NCBI RefSeq assembly: GCF_009834535.1
Contig: NC_045697.1
Coordinates: 70,620,001 to 70,684,000 of the forward strand
From: Camelus ferus
Taxonomy: Eukaryota
Direction: 5' to 3'
DNA: 64,000 nucleotides
Shown: positions 60,713-64,000 of the stretch, in pieces
Layout: every line of letters begins with the position of its first letter
Numbering within the stretch: position 1 is the first letter of the stretch
Notes under the pieces: generated by a model
What the model was told of the DNA's origin: nothing
Database searches by the model: none
Seen by the model: the letters and a program-made list of their open reading frames with translations, nothing else
Program-made: the position numbers and the translations under genes

Positions 60713-63700
60713 CAAAGTGTGTGTCCCTGGGCTTTTCTCCTCTGATAATGAGCATAAATAATACCAGCCTGCCCAATCCCCTGGGTGATGGCAAGAATTA
60801 AACGAGATATTTGATCAGTGGAAGTGCTTTGAAAAATTTAGTGTTCAGCAAAAGCAATGGATGAAGGATTGAAGAACTGGCAAGAGATACAATGATAAGA
60901 AAGACGTTTACAAGGTACGGGGCTGTAAGAGCGGCCAGAGGGCTTGCGGGGAAAGCTCCTCCCTACTCATCAGAGCATGGAGTACGTCTCCCGTCTGTCC
61001 ACCAGCCTCCCTCCCCGTCTCATTCTGCATCTTTCTCCATCCCAACCCTGTCAGAGAAGCGCTCTCTTTCTCCCAGTCTCTGCCACTTTCTCAGTCTCTT
61101 TTATTCTCATTCTTACTCTCAGTCTTTTTCTGATAGCAATGAATTACCTTCTTTCTCTCTCTCAATCCTGTTTTCTACCCCTCCTGCTACCAAATCTCTA
61201 CAAGTTAGATACAAATAATGCCACATAGAAAAATAGAAAAAAATGTCTTTTGTTGTGCACTCAGAAATGTCACTCATGGCAGAGAATTGGCTTTTCACAT
61301 GCAAAGTAGATGCTTTCTAACAGCCCTATCTGAAAATTCCCAAAGGAGGTAAACATGAGGGAGATAGAATTAAACATCTTGCTCCAGAATGAACATATCG
61401 AGGAATAACAGAATGAAAATGAAGCAAGATAACTGGAGGCCAAATGTACAGAAAGTGCTTGTTACAGTAAGATCATACGATTGTAGATCTGAAAGAAAAC
61501 TTCAACATCATTTTGTCAAACCACATCACTTCACAGATCGGGAAATTAGAGCCTTGAGAGGTAAAAAATATATCGCTTGGCTCAATCACATAGCAAGCTT
61601 GTGGTCGTTGGTGACTAAAAACCAAGGGCTCTTGGCTCAGAGGACAGTGAATCCCCCACCATTGCACAGAGCTGGCGTGTGACACCAGCCAGAGCTCAAT
61701 GAGAAAAAAATATAAGAATATCATTATATTCCAAATATATAGAGAGAGCTAAGGTAGATTTTCTTTTATGTAACATGCTGGTAAATAGTATATGCACTGT
61801 AGGAGTTTTGTGTCTATTAGACAAAGTAAAATGATGTTAGTCCCATGTCAACTCTTCACAGGGTATTTTGACTAGCTATTAATCAGTGAAAATTTTAACA
61901 CCTGGGAATAACTGAATTCTTGGATGCCTTTACTTCTGAACAGGATTAGTTAGAATAAAGTCAACATTCTGAACTAAGACTTCAGAGATAGGTAAAATCT
62001 GTAATCGATGTGTCTTGAATTTCCATAATTTTACATTTTATTCTAGTTGGGGTGAGGATTAGTCAGATCTAAATGATTCAGGATTACCTGATGAATGGTG
62101 CATGGAATAATAGGATACCAGTATTTTCTTGTGAGTAAGACACAGCAATGATTCAACACTTGCGTTCAGATAATCACTCCATTCTTTTGTGATCTGGGCA
62201 ATTGATATAAACCAAAGACAGGCACAATAGTAAGACAGTGGTCAACTTCATAAAGCAAATCAAATAAGTTCAGACCACCAAGAGAGTATCCCAAAATGAC
62301 ACTCACAACTTCTCTATGACCCAGGTCAAGGATAAAAATTACTATTGTCCTCAAGTCACTGAAAACAAAGCTAAGAATGCCTTGGGTATTTCCAACTCTG
62401 TTGACTTTTGAAGAAATACAGTTCTCCAAATTAAAGCCAAGAGTTAGTTAGTAAGACATCACTGAGGGGAAATCCATCAATTATACATTGTCCTTACTTC
62501 CAAGAGATTTATATTCAGTCAGGTTGTAATCGACCCTAATAACAGGTTTTTAAATTGTTGGCAGCATTGTCATATTTCTTTCTTCCACTTTACAAATCTA
62601 TAGAGTTTTAAACTTTAATTGTCATAAAACTTGCACTCAACAAATGAGGCTGTCAGAAAATGAAAAAGGAAGAAAAGAAAAAAAAAGTTTATTTATTCAT
62701 ATAGTTCAATTATCCTAATCCCACTAATGCAATTACCATGAAAAATCTTTAAATTAGTTAATTCTGTGCATCTAAAAAGGTGATTCTCTACTTTTTAAAA
62801 TGGGATTTGCAGGGAAAGAGGTAAGTGGGGGATGTTTCATTGTTGGACAGAGGAGTTGTCACAATAGCCTTGAGTTGACAGATTCAGGAGTGGCCTGTTC
62901 CCTAGGGACAGTGTGCAAGAGTTCAGCGTTTAGGTCCTCACACTTGCTGAATGCTCTAGGAGAATGATTTCACAATTCCTACCACAAAAAATTATTTCTT
63001 TTCCTACTTCAGTTAAAAATAAGTTCAATGTGTGATACAAATAATTTTCTGTGTTTCGTGTGTGTGATTTTTGTAACTCTAGCATAATTTCAACACTTGG
63101 TGACTTGAATGTGTAGCAGCCATAAAAAATATGTAAAGGTGTATGACTAAGAGAGCAATGATGGACTGGTTAAAAGTTAAAAGTCCAGCCAGTAAGGAAG
63201 AACCTTCAAATTTAAGAAATGCATTCCTCTTCATCAGTTGATTCTGCAAGTTAAATGCTAGCTTATACAAACTAATAACCACATTTTAATAATGATTTAT
63301 AGTTTCTAAAATAGATTTCCTGATTATCGTGTATCGCCAATACTGTGTCAGCAATGATCATTTTTCCCATTTTTAGATAAAGAAACTGAGTGTAACAAGC
63401 ATTTAGTGTCTTGGCCAACTTCAACATACTAGATCCAAAGTTGGTTCTCATGTTAAGACCAAGGTTCCTTCTACTAACATAGTCCATCTCTCAGATTAAG
63501 CAATGCTCAATCCTTTAAGATAGGAAATAATATTCAAAGATGTTGATGATTCTCAGACCAAAAAAATTAGAGTTCTCATTAAACACAAATACAATTTTGC
63601 TTATTGATTTGAGTGATTAGTTTATACAGTGCATTAAATAACATATACATCAGTCTGTGTATGCCAAATTATGCCTGTATAAATTGTGGCTGAGAACATA

Positions 63701-64000
63701 ACTAGGCAAACATATTTCTAGTATCCTATATCAATTCTATTGTGAAAATTTTTCATGTGCTGGTTTTTCTCTTTGTGAGAATCAACATAATTATTTAAAT
63801 ATTTGCTGATTTTAGATTGGAATCAATTTGGTGATAAAATCGCTTACCTAAGGAATGGGATGTAATAAACTGTGGGACTCTGAGTTCCAAAACTCAGTGA
63901 AACTTACAGAGTTGCCATACGCTGGACACTATTCTAGGTATTTATGTATATTACCTTACATGATCCTCCCAATGTCCCTGTGAGATAAGATGATACTCAT

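Larger units (their letters stand above)
1..64000 (-). other. EMCN: Endomucin gene body, partial: part of intron 1 through exon 7 and part of intron 7
   Basis: Six colinear minus-strand phase-1 exons splice into one open frame matching endomucin as recalled (GTTPKG, KDE, STLQSS-PK, PDAS, IPEN-S-SQ, GKNAS, SYS). No signal-peptide or TM exon (SIILPVVIAL-like) was found in the window. Confidence 0.93.

Noticed and set aside
1..64000. CRISPR arrays, operons, tRNA/rRNA genes or other prokaryotic/viral systems
   Set aside because: No regularly spaced repeat-spacer array, no gene-dense ORFs and no tRNA/rRNA signatures. The short direct repeats (12797, 20574, 25949, 35716) are single local duplications.

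Overview
AT-rich mammalian genomic DNA. It is probably camelid, judging from the lineage-specific L1 3'UTR and the absence of primate, ruminant or pig SINEs (inference). The window lies inside the endomucin gene EMCN on the minus strand. Six short phase-1 exons encoding the Ser/Thr/Pro-rich mucin ectodomain are readable: 37544-37675, 31227-31310, 21141-21251, 10371-10409, 1613-1705 and 886-939 (exons 2-7 by human numbering, recalled rather than looked up). The signal-peptide exon lies beyond the right edge and the TM/cytoplasmic exons beyond the left edge. The rest is intron filled with L1, L2, MIR, LTR and DNA-transposon relics, microsatellites and a full-length degenerate U1 snRNA retrocopy. 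The most notable signals concern EMCN splicing. Exon 3 has lost its GT donor (AAG|ATGAGT) and reads into a stop upstream of a sense-oriented LTR poly(A) signal. Exons 4 and 7 each appear to use an AG 6 nt downstream of a dead CAT/CAC site. The exon 7 polypyrimidine tract is a ~260-nt microsatellite, and exon 4 encodes a lone Cys. Also notable are a tail-less L1 5' fragment nested in another L1 with a TSD, and a candidate ancient exapted (MER121-like) element next to exon 2. No prokaryotic-type system is present. Almost all ORFs in the supplied track are spurious. Repeat family names come from recalled consensus sequences and repeat boundaries are approximate.
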